This document shows, piece by piece, positions 62,842 to 64,000 of a DNA stretch of 64,000 nt; the first letter of the stretch is position 1; the number at the start of each line of letters is the position of its first letter. Source of the stretch: Heterodontus francisci (lineage: Eukaryota); NCBI RefSeq assembly GCF_036365525.1, contig NC_090395.1:65249326-65313325 (forward strand). Direction: 5' to 3'. Position numbers and translations under genes: made by a program. The notes under the pieces were generated by a model. The model did no database searches, was not told the origin of the DNA, and was given only the letters and a program-made list of their open reading frames with translations.

Positions 62842-64000
62842 GGGAGACCTAGAGGAGTATAGAATGTGTAGTGGGGGGTGGGCGGCGGGGTGGGGGATAC
62901 TTAAAAAGTAACTAGGAGAACGAAGAAGGGATATGAAAATACACTGGTGGGCAAGATAAAAGAAAATCCCAAGGCATTTTATAAGGATATTAAGGGCAAG
63001 AGGATAACCAAGGAAAGAATAGGGCCCATAAAGGACCATAGTGGCAAAGCTATGTGGAGCCGGAGGACATAGGTGAGGTTTTAGTTGATTACTTTTCATC
63101 TGTTCTCACTGTGGAGAAGGACGATGTAGGTGTAGAGATCAGGGAGGGGGATTGTGATATACTCGACAGAAGTAATTACCTGAAAAGAAGGAAGTATTAG
63201 CTGTTTTAGTGGGCTTAAAAGCGGATAAACCCCCAGGCCCAGATGAGATGTATCCCAGTCTGTTATGTGAGGCAAGGCAGGTGATAGCAGGGGCTCTGAC
63301 ACAAATTTTCAAATCCTCTCTGGCCACATGAGAGGATTGGAGGACAGTGAATGTGGTACCATTATTCAAGAAGGATAGCAGGGATAAACCAGGTAATTAC
63401 AGGCCGGTGTGTCTAACATCGGTGGTAGGGAAACTATTGGAAAAAATTCTGAGGGACAGGATTAATCTCCACTTGGAGAGGCAGGGTTTATTCAAGGGTA
63501 GTCAGCAGGGCTTTGTCGGGGGAGATCGTGTCTAACAAACTTGATTGAATTTTTCGAGGAGGTAACTAGAAGTGTAGATGAGGGTAAAGCAGTTGATGTA
63601 GTCTACATGGACTTCAGTAAGGCTTTTGATAAGGTCCCGCATGGGAGATTGGTTAAGAAGGTAAGAGCCCCTGGAATCCAGGGCAATTTGGCAAATTGGA
63701 TCCAAAATTAGCTTAGTGGCAGGAGGCAGAGGGTAATGGTTGAGGGTTGTTTTTGCAATTGGAAGCCTGTGACCAGTGGTGTACCGCAGGGATCAGTGCA
63801 GGGACCCTTGCTGTTTGTAGTGTACATTAATGATTTAGACGTGAATATAGGAGGTATGATCAATAAGTTCACAGATGACATGAAAATTGGTGGTGTTGTA
63901 AATAGCGAGGAGGAAAGCCTTAGATTACAGGATGATATAGATGGGCTGGTAAGATGGGCGGAGCTGTGGCAAATGGAATTTAATCCTGAGAAGTGTGAGG
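62842..64000 (+). mobile_element. CR1 LINE fragment running off the window edge, inserted ~250 bp upstream of the orphan leader
   Basis: VVPLFKKDSRDKPGNYRPVCLTS, YMDFSKAFDKV and GVPQGS motifs. Confidence 0.9.

Noticed and set aside
1-64000. CRISPR arrays, operons or other prokaryotic systems
   Set aside because: The sequence is intron- and retroelement-rich vertebrate DNA, and no spaced direct-repeat array was seen.

Overview
Repeat-rich vertebrate genomic DNA, inferred from its transposon families to be a cartilaginous fish (V-SINE, Deu-type SINE, CR1, Penelope, RTE, Tx1, Harbinger). No prokaryotic features are present. Among the repeats is a minus-strand cluster of single-IgV CD300/pIgR-like (CMRF35-like) receptor genes; the exon models are my manual reconstructions from splice sites and phases. 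Gene A (16228-37671, 7 coding exons, ~297 aa) has an uncharged transmembrane (TM) segment and three tyrosine motifs, so it is inhibitory type. Gene B (46072-58643, 6 coding exons, ~247 aa) has an Arg-containing TM and a short tail, so it is activating type. About 12 kb covering promoter, leader, IgV and stalk exons is near-identical between A (~26244-38435) and B (~47655-59407), while the TM and tail exons are unrelated. Both junctions and an orphan diverged leader exon at 62552-62591 suggest B is a chimera in which A's ectodomain module replaced that of an activating gene. The two IgV exons differ at 5 sites, all nonsynonymous; two of them remove both cysteines of the family's second disulfide in B. 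A further paralogous leader exon at 377-416 indicates the cluster continues beyond the left edge.
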